A stretch of 64,000 nt of DNA from Octopus sinensis (taxonomy: Eukaryota): assembly GCF_006345805.1 (NCBI RefSeq), contig NW_021836157.1, forward strand, positions 4,795-68,794, given 5' to 3'. The position numbers were made by a program, and so were the translations under genes. This document shows positions 50,801 through 62,260 of the stretch, in pieces. The notes below the pieces were generated by a model. That model made no database searches, was not told the DNA's origin, and worked only from the letters and a program-made list of their open reading frames with translations. How positions within the stretch are numbered: position 1 is the first letter of the stretch; each line of letters starts with the position of its first letter.

Positions 50801-51510
50801 CACTGCTTATCTCTACACTCTGTCAAAGTTAAAATTTTTACTTATATTTTCCATCTCTACCTTTGGTATGATTAATGCATTTAATATGATCAGCTCCCTC
50901 TACCACACCTTTCTCATTCCTTGTTTGCAGAGAGTGGTCATCTTACAACAACTGATTCACCCTCTCAGCAGTCTTACCTTCTCTTTTCTTTCCTTTCCCT
51001 TTGTTTCATTGGTTTCTCTCTGTCCAATATTCCCTTGATCACTCACTCCCTTCTCTATATCCCTGCCCCTACCAAGATATACTTCCCTTCATCTTACTAA
51101 CATACTTATTTCTCTTCGTGTTTTCTCATCCTCTATCTACCTCTGTGCTTTTCACTACAATCTCTTTAGTACTTCTCTCTCTCTCTCTTTCTCTAATTTA
51201 TCAACACCAGTATATTTTTATAAACTCTCCCTGTTTTGATACACTTGCCTTTAATCTTTTGAAGTGAATGTCGTGAATTTGCCACACAGAAACTTTTAGC
51301 TATCAAGCTGATAGAATCTTTGCTTTTATGTTTATGAATAATATTGCCTAATTATTGCAGCTGCTTGCATAATATGCATTGTTATATTAACCATTCACTG
51401 ATAATTTTAAACAACTGTAAAGACAAAACCTGCTTACATCATATAAATTCTATCCTCAATTTTATTTGTTTAGATATGTAGCGGGTATGATTCTTGGCCA
51501 CTACTTCTGG

Positions 51511-51685
51511 TCTGATCTGAGGGTAGCCCTTAAAAGGACGATTATCGCAATTAGATCCAATCCAAGAATAGTCCTAAAAAGGACTGTTATCGTAATTAGA
51601 TCGGATCTGAGAGTAGTCCTAAAAAGAACTGTTATCGCATTCAGATCAGACTTGAATTAGCCCTGAAAAGGACTGTGGTCATAAT
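51511..51685. repeat. 45-bp minisatellite, ~4 diverged units
   Basis: Unit starts 51511, 51556, 51601, 51646. Confidence 0.85.
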
Positions 51686-52234
51686 CAGCAAAACTGGACA
51701 GACGAAAGCAGTAGTTGAAATGACAAGCAGACAAGAGGCGTAAGTTTATACAGCGATTTATTTCAGGTGTGAAATAGCAGTACAAAGGTTCGAGGCAGCG
51801 TGAGTGGCGATGTGGCAGGCGAGAGGGACACGATTTACATCCGTCGGCTGCCAAAAAGCCAACTGCTTTTACAGCGATTTATGACGTCTATTTATACAAA
51901 AATATCAGCAGTGATGTTTAGCCAGTGTCCAATAGAATGGCAGCTTTTGTCCAATGAAAGGTCAGGCAAGTCGCTGGGGGTAGTTGCTTTGTTTTCTCTG
52001 GTGATGGCAGATGAATTTCCGGTGTCCATGCAAGTTACTTCCGGTGACTGTACAGATACATTCCTTATGCTTATAATTGTTTGTCCATCATTCTTCTTTG
52101 ATATTTGTTTGATTTTGATCGCTCTTCTAGTTGAGGACTACATGCTGATATGGTAACTGTCTATTCCAGGCTGGTATTAATAATTTATCTTCCATTATCT
52201 CTCTTTCTTGCTCTGAATATATATATATATATTT

Positions 52235-52530
52235 GTAAAACTGAGAATGTCTGTCTGTGTGAATCCCTAAAACTTGAGAACTACACAACCAATTTCATTC
52301 AAATTTTACACATGCCTTAGTGTCATGGCAAAAAGAAATTTTAACTTTTTGTCTAGTGCGAGCCCACAGCAATATCATATCTTCTCCACTATTTCAGTAC
52401 TATGTGTCAACAGTGAAACAAAACATCTCTCTATTGTAATGTCAGATACTTTCACTTTAATACTGAAACTATTAAAGCTGGACATCCTTTATGCTAGAAG
52501 AAGATCTGCTATGGTCTTATATGCTACACA
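52235..52530 (+). mobile_element. Helitron-like 5' segment; related copy at 62435-62780
   Basis: Shared AAAACTGAGAATGT...TTCAAATTTTACACATGCCTTA...; the 62435 copy starts A^TC. Confidence 0.45.
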
Positions 52531-52559
52531 TGTTATGAAACATGTTATAATTTACAAAG

Positions 52560-54490
52560 TCTCCTCTCAACCCAAGGTAATGTGGTGGTGGAACAATGTT
52601 GTTGACAGGGCTAGTAAGGAAAAGAAACAGGCTTTGAAGGACTGGAAGACCGGTGATAGCAGGGAATTGTATCAGACTGCCAAATGGGAAGCTAGGAGAT
52701 AGGTTTATTTGGCCAGAGGGGAAGCAGATAACGAAAAATTTGCCAATGTTCTGCGCCGTGATGACCAAAGACTTGAAGTATTTTCCTGTTGCCAGACAGT
52801 GTGTGAGAAAGAATCGCGATGTCCTAGGAGAGAAATGTGTCCTCATGGGTGATGGTTCACTTGCTTTAAACGAAGCTGCAAAGAGACAGGTTTGGAAACG
52901 CCATTATGAAAGTTTGCTAAATAAAGTGAATGAATGTGAGAAAGAGAGGGACCAGCTATCTATCTAAATTGACAGTGCCTTGGTAGGTAAAGCAATTAAG
53001 GGTATGAAGACAGGGAAAGCCCCCGGACAATCAGGAATCACCACAGAGATGCTCAAAATATCTGGCGGTGTCGGCTAGAGCCTAGTCAACCAGGTGATAC
53101 ATGAAGGAGTCATAACCAATGACTGGTGTAGCAGCACCATAGTCAACTGCTAACAAAGGTAAAGGTGACGCATTAGATACAAATAATTACAGAGGTATCA
53201 AGTTGTTAGATCAGGTAATGAAGGTCACAGAGAGGGTCATAGCCCAAGTAATTAGGGAGAGAGGCAGTCTAGATGAGATGCAGTTTCGGTTCGTGCCAGG
53301 GGAAAGCACCACTGATGCTATATTTCTGATAAGACAGATGCAGGAGAAATAGCTAGTCCAAGATAAAACTCTGTACCTGGCTTTCATTGACAGGGTCCCC
53401 CGATCCCCTATCTAGTGGTCAATGAGGAGACTAGGGATGGATGAATGTTTACTGAGAGCTGTACAAGCCATGTACAGTAAGGTGAGGGTTGGCAATGAGT
53501 ACAGTGAAGAATATCGGGTAGGGGTAAGGGTCAACCTAAGATCAGTCTTCAGCTCCCTCTTATTCATTATAGTCCTCCAGGCAATAACAGAGGAATTCAA
53601 GACAGGCTGCTCCTCTATGCCGATGACCTTGCACTAATAGCAGAGTCACTGCCGGAACTGGAGCCAAAGGTTAGGGCGTGGAAGCAAAGTCTAGAATTGA
53701 ATGGCCTTAGGGTTAACCTAGCCAAAACCAAAGTTTTAGTTAGTGTGCAGGCTGTCAAATCACAAACTCCTCTGTAGAAAAGGCATTGGTAGAAACTCCA
53801 TACGATGCACCCGGTGTAAGCTATGGACACATAAAAGGTGCAGCAATATCAAAGGAAGGTTAACTGGGAAAATTATTTCTTGTGTGTGGCAGATGCAGTG
53901 GGACAATAAACACAGAAGGTGTTCAGAAAACAGCTTCCATTACATGCCTGGGGAAGAAACTAGAAGTAGTAAATACTTTCCACTACCTAGGCGACCAAGT
54001 ATGTAGTGGGAGTGATTGCTCTGCGAGTGTAGCAGCTAGAGTAATAATAGCCTGGGCAAATTCAGGGAGCTCCTACTTCTGCTGGCAGCTAATGGCCTCT
54101 CACTCAGGGGGAAAGATGGACTGTATGATGCATGTGTGTGAACTGCCATGCTATATGGTAGTGAAACATGGGCCATGAATGCCGAGGACATGCGTAAGCT
54201 TGCAGTATGCTTGAGTCAAGTAAAACCAATACTGTAGCTGGAGGCCGGTGACCTGCTAGCTGGCTTCTGTGCCGATGGGACATAAAGAACACCCAGTACA
54301 CTCGCAGAATAGTTGGCGTTAGGAAGGGCATTTAGCTGTAGAAATTATGCTAGACTAGATTGGAGCCTGTTGCAGCAGCTGGCTCTCCAAGATTTCAGTC
54401 AAACTGTCCAACCCATGCCATCATGGAAAACAGACGTTAATCGATGATGATGATGATGATGATGACGACGACGACGACGACGACGACGAC
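52560..54490 (+). mobile_element. Degenerate RTE-type LINE, same family as 57897-60368
   Basis: Colinear similarity, many stops; tail decays to (GAT)n(GAC)n. Confidence 0.85.
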
Positions 54491-55044
54491 GATGATTATA
54501 TTATTAATAAAGTTGGATGCAGGCAAGCGATTTGTAGTAGAGAGCAATAGCGTTCGGAGCGAGCAAAGAGTTGGCGGCCGGCGACAGGCGGTGCGATCGA
54601 TCGAAAAGCTGTCATCTCGGTGGCGATATCGCCCGTGAGTGTGTCCCCGGTAGCGTACGTAACACACGGACGCATTGCGTTTATGCACGCGGCTAAGGCG
54701 GCTATTGCTCTCTAATAATCGCTTGCTTTTTATTTACTTAATGCATTCTTCACTTCGATATGCTGGGCAGAGATCGCATCGCATTCATGCACACATTAGC
54801 TGTCTATCACCGCCTTAGCAGCGTGCACAAATGTAAACACAAACAAAACGAATAAGTTTAAAATTCTATAAAGCAATGCAAACAATGGAAAATAATTTAA
54901 ACACTAATTTTATATATACTCAGGCTTTCAAAACGAATTTAGCTGTTTACGATGTCAAGCTTTTCAAAGTAATTTAGATGTTTACGTTAACTACATCACA
55001 AAATAGCTGTTTACGTCACAGTAACAGTATGTTTAGATGCAGAA

Positions 55045-55236
55045 ATGATTTCAGCTCAAAACAGAGAATACGATTGGTTAAAATTCGAAGAATTAAACTA
55101 CGTAAACTTACAAAATACAATTTTCTCCAAAAAACTAATTGAAATTAATGTTTTCTTTTGACACATTTTACCAGTATACGAAGTTTCAAATTGTTTAGTT
55201 AACTAGAAAATTCCGTCCATCAAAAGGAAAAGATCC
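55045..55236. mobile_element. Solo right TIR of the Merlin-like MITE family
   Basis: Near-identical to 33545-33733, ending GGAAAAGATCC. Confidence 0.75.
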
Positions 55237-55309
55237 CACCATTGGTTTTAAATTCATATTAATCAAATTAATATTGAATTTTTCACCCTTGTTATTTTAA
55301 ATTTAATTT

Positions 55310-55350
<41 letters not shown>

Positions 55351-55699
55351 GTATACATATAGATGTATATATATATATATATAGATGTATATATATGGAT
55401 GTATATATTGGAAGGTTTGGAGATGATGTACAGGTATTATATATTAGAAGAAATGAGGTACTCAGAAGATCAGATGGTTTATATTTACAGATCTTTATTT
55501 ATATATATATCATATCACTTAGATCATTAGCACTTTCTCCCATTCTAGTGGGGTTTTCAAATCAAACTAAGTTCCTGTGTGAGGAATTTTGATCATTTTA
55601 TAGTTTTGTAGTGGTGGGGAGGAATATAAGACAGTACAAGAGGATGATGGATGAAGAGAAAGTGAGAGAGAGAACATGTGTGTATGTGTGTGTGTGTGT

Positions 55700-56370
55700 G
55701 AGTGCCTGTGTTTTTGTATCTGTAAGAGAAAGAGGGGAAGGGAGAGAGAAGAAGAAAAGAATTTTTTCGGTCTGCTGGACAGAATATTGACTCCAAGGGG
55801 GTTCTAAGGCCTTAGGAAAAAAAAGGAATTTCAGCTTTGACCACTCCACAGTGTCACTGAGTGTGTGGTGGTGGGGGGGGGGGCAGGCCATAAATTATAT
55901 TTCCTTTTATCATTGTGAGAATGGTCAAATGCTTTTTTGGGTTTAAGAATTCTTTCCACTTTTTATGATTGTTTTGTGGAGGTGTGTGTGTATGTCTGTG
56001 TGTGTGTCCATGTGATTGTGTGTGTGTGTGGTGAGTGCCTGTGTTTTTGTATCTGTAAGAGAAAGAGGGGAAGGGAGAGAGAAGAAGAAAAGAATTTTTT
56101 CGGTCTGCTGGACAGAATATTGACTCCAAGGGGGTTCTAAGGCCTTAGGAAAAAAAAGGAATTTCAGCTTTGACCACTCCACAGTGTCACTGAGTGTGTG
56201 GTGGTGGTGGGGGGGGGGGCAGGCCATAAATTATATTTCCTTTTATCATTGTGAGAATGGTCAAATGCTTTTTTGGGTTTAAGAATTCTTTCCACTTTTT
56301 ATGATTGTTTTGTGGAGGTGTGTGTGTATGTCTGTGTGTGTGTCCATGTGATTGTGTGTGTGTGTGTGTG
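55700..56370. repeat. Near-perfect tandem duplication, ~333-336 bp x2, bounded by (GT)n
   Basis: AGTGCCTGTG at 55701 and 56034. Confidence 0.9.
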
Positions 56371-57279
56371 CATGTGTGTGGGTGTCTGTGTGTTTGGAGA
56401 AGGGAAGAGAGAAAAAAAAGGAAAAAGAAAAATAAGGGAGGAAGGGGAAAAAATTGTGTTGATATTTATACCACTATATATATATGTATATACATGCTTA
56501 TACATAAAATATTAGAAAAAAACACCTTTTATCATTCAAAATGAACAACTAAATTATACCATTTTGAAAACTGCATATCATAGGAAAGTTAAAATTAAAA
56601 TGACAATTAAAAAGTAAAGATGAAGTAAATTACAAAAATAATATAATGTATATAACAGGCAATATATATATATATACACACACACATATATATACATATA
56701 CTAAATGTTCTACTATATTAAATTGTAAATAGAAAAATGTGTCCTTCAATGTCACTCTCTCTCTCTCTTTCGGAGAGGCACTGAGCAGCTATAGGCACAC
56801 ATACACACATGGCAGTAACTTCCATCTACCGAATTCAATCACAAAGCTCCGGTCGGCTCGGGGCTATAGTGGAAAACACCTACCCAAAGTGCCACTCAGT
56901 GGGACTGAACCCGAAAATATATATATATATATATAATATATATATGTATATATATATATATATATACACTTAGAAATGGATGCGTGCGTTACCTTCGAAA
57001 CGCAGAGTAGATGAAACCATGGCGACTGAAAAAGGGGAATTTTCCTTGTGTTATTTGTCCTGTACTCTATTTTTTTGTTGTTTAAGAAAAATGTCCAGTT
57101 CCTTTTTTTGTGTTTATGTTTCCGTTTCTCATTGTGTTCGACGTTTTTTTGGTGTCCTGTACCCATATATGCGTGTATATAACGGGAAGCTTTATGAAAA
57201 TAAACAAAAGACGAAGGCAGGTGGAAAACAAATGAACAATTGTATTAGTATGGCGCTCAGGAAATATAAATAAAACAAG

Positions 57280-57317
57280 TCTTTAACGTTTCGAGCCTAC
57301 GCTCTTCAACAGAAAGA
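57280..57317 (-). ncRNA. Minimal hammerhead-like motif with A6>U core change
   Basis: Minus: TCTTT-CTGTTGA-A-GAGC-GTAG-GCTC-GAAAC-GT-T-AAAGA. Confidence 0.5.
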
Positions 57318-57896
57318 TACACAGAGAGAGAAAAACACAGAAAGAAGGAGAGAAAAAAAAAAGGCGTGCAGTAGCTAACGAATCAACATGGCGATATACA
57401 TGTAGAGGTACATATATGTATATATATATATGCATATGTTTTATTTATTAATATACATATATATATATCTATATACATGAAATATTAGAAAAAAAACACC
57501 TTTTATCAATTCAAAATGAACAATCAAATTACACCATCCTGAAGATTGCATATCATAGGAAGGTTAAAATTAAAATGACAATTGGAAAGTAAAGATTAAG
57601 TAAATTACAAAAATAATATAATGTATATAACAGGTAATATATATACACACATATATATATATACATATACACACACATATTAAATGTTCTACTATATTAT
57701 ATTGTAATTTGAAAGATTTGTCCTTCAATGTATGATGAGTAAAATTTCAGCCATTTAATTTGGGGGAGAACTTAGCTATGAAATATTTTTCCATATTCCT
57801 ACTGAAAGAGGTGTCGTTCTTCGGACATTTGTAGAAGGGAAAGATCTTAAATTTTCCTTCTCTATGGATGTATATATATATATATATATATATATA

Positions 57897-60367
57897 CGGC
57901 CAGAAGGGAAGCTAGGAGACAGGTTTATTTAGTCAGAGGGGAAGCAGATAAGAAAAAATTTGCCAATGTTCTGAGCCGTGAGGATGAAAGACTTGAGGTA
58001 TTTCGTGTTGTAAGACAGTGTGTGAGAGAGAATCGTGATGTGGTAGGAGAGAAGTGTGTTCGCATGGAGGATGGTTCACTTGCGTTAAATGAGGATGCAA
58101 AGAGAGAAGCTTGGAGATGCCACTATGAAAGGTTGCTGAATAAAGAAAATGAATGGGATAAAGAGAGTCTGCCGAATGTCAACCCAACAGAGGGACCAGC
58201 CATCCGAGTTGACAATTCTTTGGTAGTTAAAGCAATTAGAAGCATGAAGACAGGGGAAGCTCCAGGCCCATCAGGAATTACTGCAGAGATGCTCAAAATA
58301 TCTGGCAGTGTCGGCTATAACCTAGTCACCCGTATAGTCAACCAGGTGATACACGAAGGAGTCATACCCAATGACTGGTGTAGCAGCATACTAGTCAACT
58401 GCTACAAAGGTAAAGGTGATGCCCTAGATACAAATAATTACAGAGGTATCAAGCTGTTGGATCAGGTAATGAAGGTTACGGAGAGGGTCATAGCCCAACT
58501 AATTAGAGAGAGAGTTAGTTTAGATGAGATGCAGTTTGGGTTTGTACCACTGATGCTATATTCCTGGTAAGGCAGCTGCAGGAGAAATACCTAGCCAAAG
58601 ATAAGCCCCTGTACCTGGCTTTCGTTGACATGGAGAAAGCCTTTGATAGGGTCCCTCGATCCCTTATCTGGTGGTCAATGAGGAAACTAAGGATAGATGA
58701 ATGGCTGGTGAGGGCTGTGCAAGCCATGTACAGAGATGCCGTAAGTAAGGTTAGGGTTGGCAACATGTACACAGAAGAATTCAAAGTAGAGGTTGGGGTC
58801 CACCAGGGTTCAGTACTCAGCCCCCTCCTATTGATTTAGATATATTTATCATAGTCCTCCAGGCAATTACGGAGGAATTCAAGACAGGTTGCCCCTGGGA
58901 GCTCCTCTATGCTGACGACCTTGCTCTAATTGCTGAGTCACTATCAGAACTGGAGGAGAAGTTCCAGGTGTGGAAGGAGGGTTTAGAATCGAGGGGCCTT
59001 AGAGTCAACCTAGCTAAAACCAAAGTACTAATAAGTAGGAAGGTAGACAATCCACAAATGTCTTCAGGAAGATGGCCCTGCTCGATCTGTAGAAAAGGTG
59101 TAGGTAGAAACTCTATAAGATGTACCCAGTGTAAGCTATGGACACATAAGAGGTGCAGGAATGTCAAAGGTAGGCTAACTGGGAAGATAGTTTTTGTATG
59201 TGGCAGATGCTCGGGAGCATTAACCTCCGAAAATCTGCAGAAAACAGCTTCCGTCACTTTCCAGGGGAAAAAACTAGAAGTAGTTGATAGCTTCCGTTAT
59301 CTAGGTGACCAAGTCAGTTGTGGGGGTGGGTGCGCTGAAAGTGTAACTGCTAGAATAAGAATAGCCTGGGCAAAGTTCACAGAGCTCTTACCTCTGCTGG
59401 TGACTAAAGGCCTCTCGCTCAGAGTAAAAGGCAGACTGTATGATGCATGTGTACGAACAGCCATGCTACATGGCAATGAAACATGGGCCGTGACTGCTGA
59501 GGACATGCGTAAGCTCATGAGGAATGAAGTCAGTATGCTCCGATGGATGTGTAATGTCAGTGTACATACTCGACAGAGCGTTAGTACCTTGAGAGAAATG
59601 TTGTACCTAAGAAGCATCAGTTGTGGTGTGCAAGAGAGACGATTGCACTGGTATGGTCATGTGGCGAGAATGGATGAAGATAGGTGTGTGAGAAAGTGCC
59701 AATCCCTAGCAGTTGAGGGAACCCGTGGAAGAGGTAGACCCAGGAAAACCTGGGACGAGGTGGTGAAGCACGACCTTCAAACTTTAGGCCTCACTGAGGA
59801 AATGACCAGCGACCGAGACCTTTGGAAATATGCTGTACGTGAGAAGACCAGGCAGGACAAGTGAGCCCAGCCCACTTATGCATGCCTTTCCTCCCTTGGA
59901 CACAAAGACCTGTTGAGGCAAGCGAAGTCGATATAGAACCTCATCCGACGACAGGCACCCATGCCAACCCCCTTTGCTTGCAAAGACATGTTGGGGCAAG
60001 CGAAATCGAAATCGAAATCGAATTGAACCAGCCAGGACCCCTGGTCTGGTGGTACGTAAAAAGCACTATCCGACTCGTGGCCGATGCCAGCGCCGCCTCG
60101 ACTGGCTTCCGTGCCGGTGGCACGTAAAATACATCAATCCGACCGTGGCCGTTGCCAGCCTCGCCTGGCACCTGTGCAGGTGGCACGTAAAAAGCACCCA
60201 CTACACTCACGGAGTGGTTGGCGTTAGGAAGGGCATCCAGCTGTAGAAACATTGCCAGATAAGACTGGAGCCTGGTGCAGCCTTCTGGCTTCCCAGATCC
60301 CCGGTCGAACCATCCAACCCATGCTAGCATGGAGAACAGACGTTAAACGATGATGATGATGATGATG

Positions 60368-60368
<1 letters not shown>
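57897..60368 (+). mobile_element. RTE-type LINE, 5'-truncated, best-preserved copy; PHD-like finger inside RT
   Basis: ORFs 58022-58570, 58630-58839, 58968-59864: APGPSGITAEML, DMEKAFDRVP, GVHQGSVLSP, LLYADD, NLAKTKVL, FRYLGD, GRPRKTW; (GAT)n tail. Confidence 0.92.
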
Positions 60369-60398
<30 letters not shown>

Positions 60399-60410
60399 AT
60401 ATACACACAT

Positions 60411-60441
<31 letters not shown>

Positions 60442-60452
60442 ATATAACACAT

Positions 60453-60504
<52 letters not shown>

Positions 60505-60829
60505 AGATAGGGGTTGTAAATTCAACCCTCCATGGGATAACATATATCCAATATACTGCTAGAGAAGTACCCAACAAAGCTAATACATAAATGTTAAAAA
60601 TTGCGATACAATTAATTCATCTACTGTGTTATGTGGGCAAAGGTAAAATTATTTTTACCGTAAATTAATAATACAAAATGAGAAAATGGAGAAATATATC
60701 TAAATCAATCATCAACTATCAGATAATACCCAATCAATACTTTATTAAACCACTACACAATAGCAATGATATTATACATTAATATAGTACAAATATAACA
60801 AGACATAGAAATAGAAATACATTTACATT

Positions 60830-60945
60830 GTAGCTGACAGCTGTTTCAGCCGTGAAGACAGGTATGTCTCATTTAACCTATTAGCCATATAAAGCAGGTA
60901 TAAATGAGACATTAACAAGAATATCTCACGGCCTCATCAGAGATT
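60830..60945 (-). ncRNA. Hammerhead ribozyme motif, intact core, GUC site, 86-nt extended stem II
   Basis: Minus: CTGATGA-GGCCGTGAG...ATGTCTCATTTA..TAAATGAGACAT...TTCACGGCT-GAAAC-AGCT-GTC; stem I only 2-3 bp. Confidence 0.65.
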
Positions 60946-61639
60946 TTAAAGCAAGTATGAGTACAAATCCTAAAAAATTTACATATAAATATAAATATGT
61001 GTGCATACACACTCATATTCTTACATATATATATATATATATACACAATAATACAATATAAACAATATAGATCAATGTATATCAACAAACACAATAATGT
61101 TCCATATTGAACTCCACAGCTCCTCAACCAACATCAAGAAACCACAACAGATACACTCACACTCAAAGCAGGCATATATATTAAACAGTCTAATATATTA
61201 AAATGTGTCATTTCACAAAAAGTCAATAGAAGTCAATAAAATTAATATCACCATGACGGTACCATCCAATGCAAGCGGACATCCGCATATATACGCAATC
61301 AGTCGAATTCCTCTGCCCGCATGGTATTAATTTTCACAGATGGACTTGATTGGCCTATACTTTTAAATTTGAATTACAATAGAAATTTTACGGTTAGTTA
61401 GCTAGGAAACATACACACGCACACGCACATCCACAAAGCGTGCGCACATACATACATCGTTATATGTATACACACACACACACACCCACACAGACATACC
61501 CACATACACAACCAAATCATAAATAAATAAATAACATAAGAGGTACTATCCCAACTATACACATGCAAACAGAGGAACTCAACCGATTGCACATACATGC
61601 ATGCAGACATCCACCCGCCCCGGACGTGTATGTGGGTAT

Positions 61640-62260
61640 GTCTGTGTGTATGTGTGTATGTGTCTCTTTAACTCTGTAGGCTCGCACATGCGTAACACAT
61701 TTCTCGTTATTCTGACGAGGTCTGCCATTAAAATATTGAATTTGGGATTGTCCGCAATGGCTGAGTTCCGGTGGATCAAGTATTTTGAGACCATAGATTT
61801 GGCATAGTACGAATGAAGGATTTGGGTTTTATTATTTCACAATTTCTAGCCAGAGTTCTGTGTCTAGTACTGGTAGTCTATGGTTGGGGTGTTTAGTGGG
61901 GTAGTCTATTGTGTCCTTAATACTCTGGTGGATGGAGTTAGCTATTTGCTGGATGCTCTCCATAGTATTAGTTTCTATTACTATATCAACAGTACTCTCT
62001 TGTGGGGGTGCCTTTACCACTATGTTGATATCATCAACATAGCGAGAGTACATGTTTACGAGTATGGAGTTCTGTGTTAAGCGTTCTTTAAGCCTTCTGT
62101 CCCACCATACCATGAAAAGGTTAGCCACATCACCAACGATACTAACGCCGATGGCTGCCCCCTCGTCCTGGGCATATATTTTATTGTTAAACTTAAACGT
62201 GTGGCCTTTTAGGGTAATTCTTATATTAGCTCCTAGTGCATGTGTGATCATTTTCTTTAC
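61640..62260 (-). pseudogene. PLE RT fragment (fourth PLE lineage)
   Basis: FNNKIYAQDEGAAIG, VANLFM, YSRYVDDINIV, LPVLDTELW, YLIHRNSA. Confidence 0.75.
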
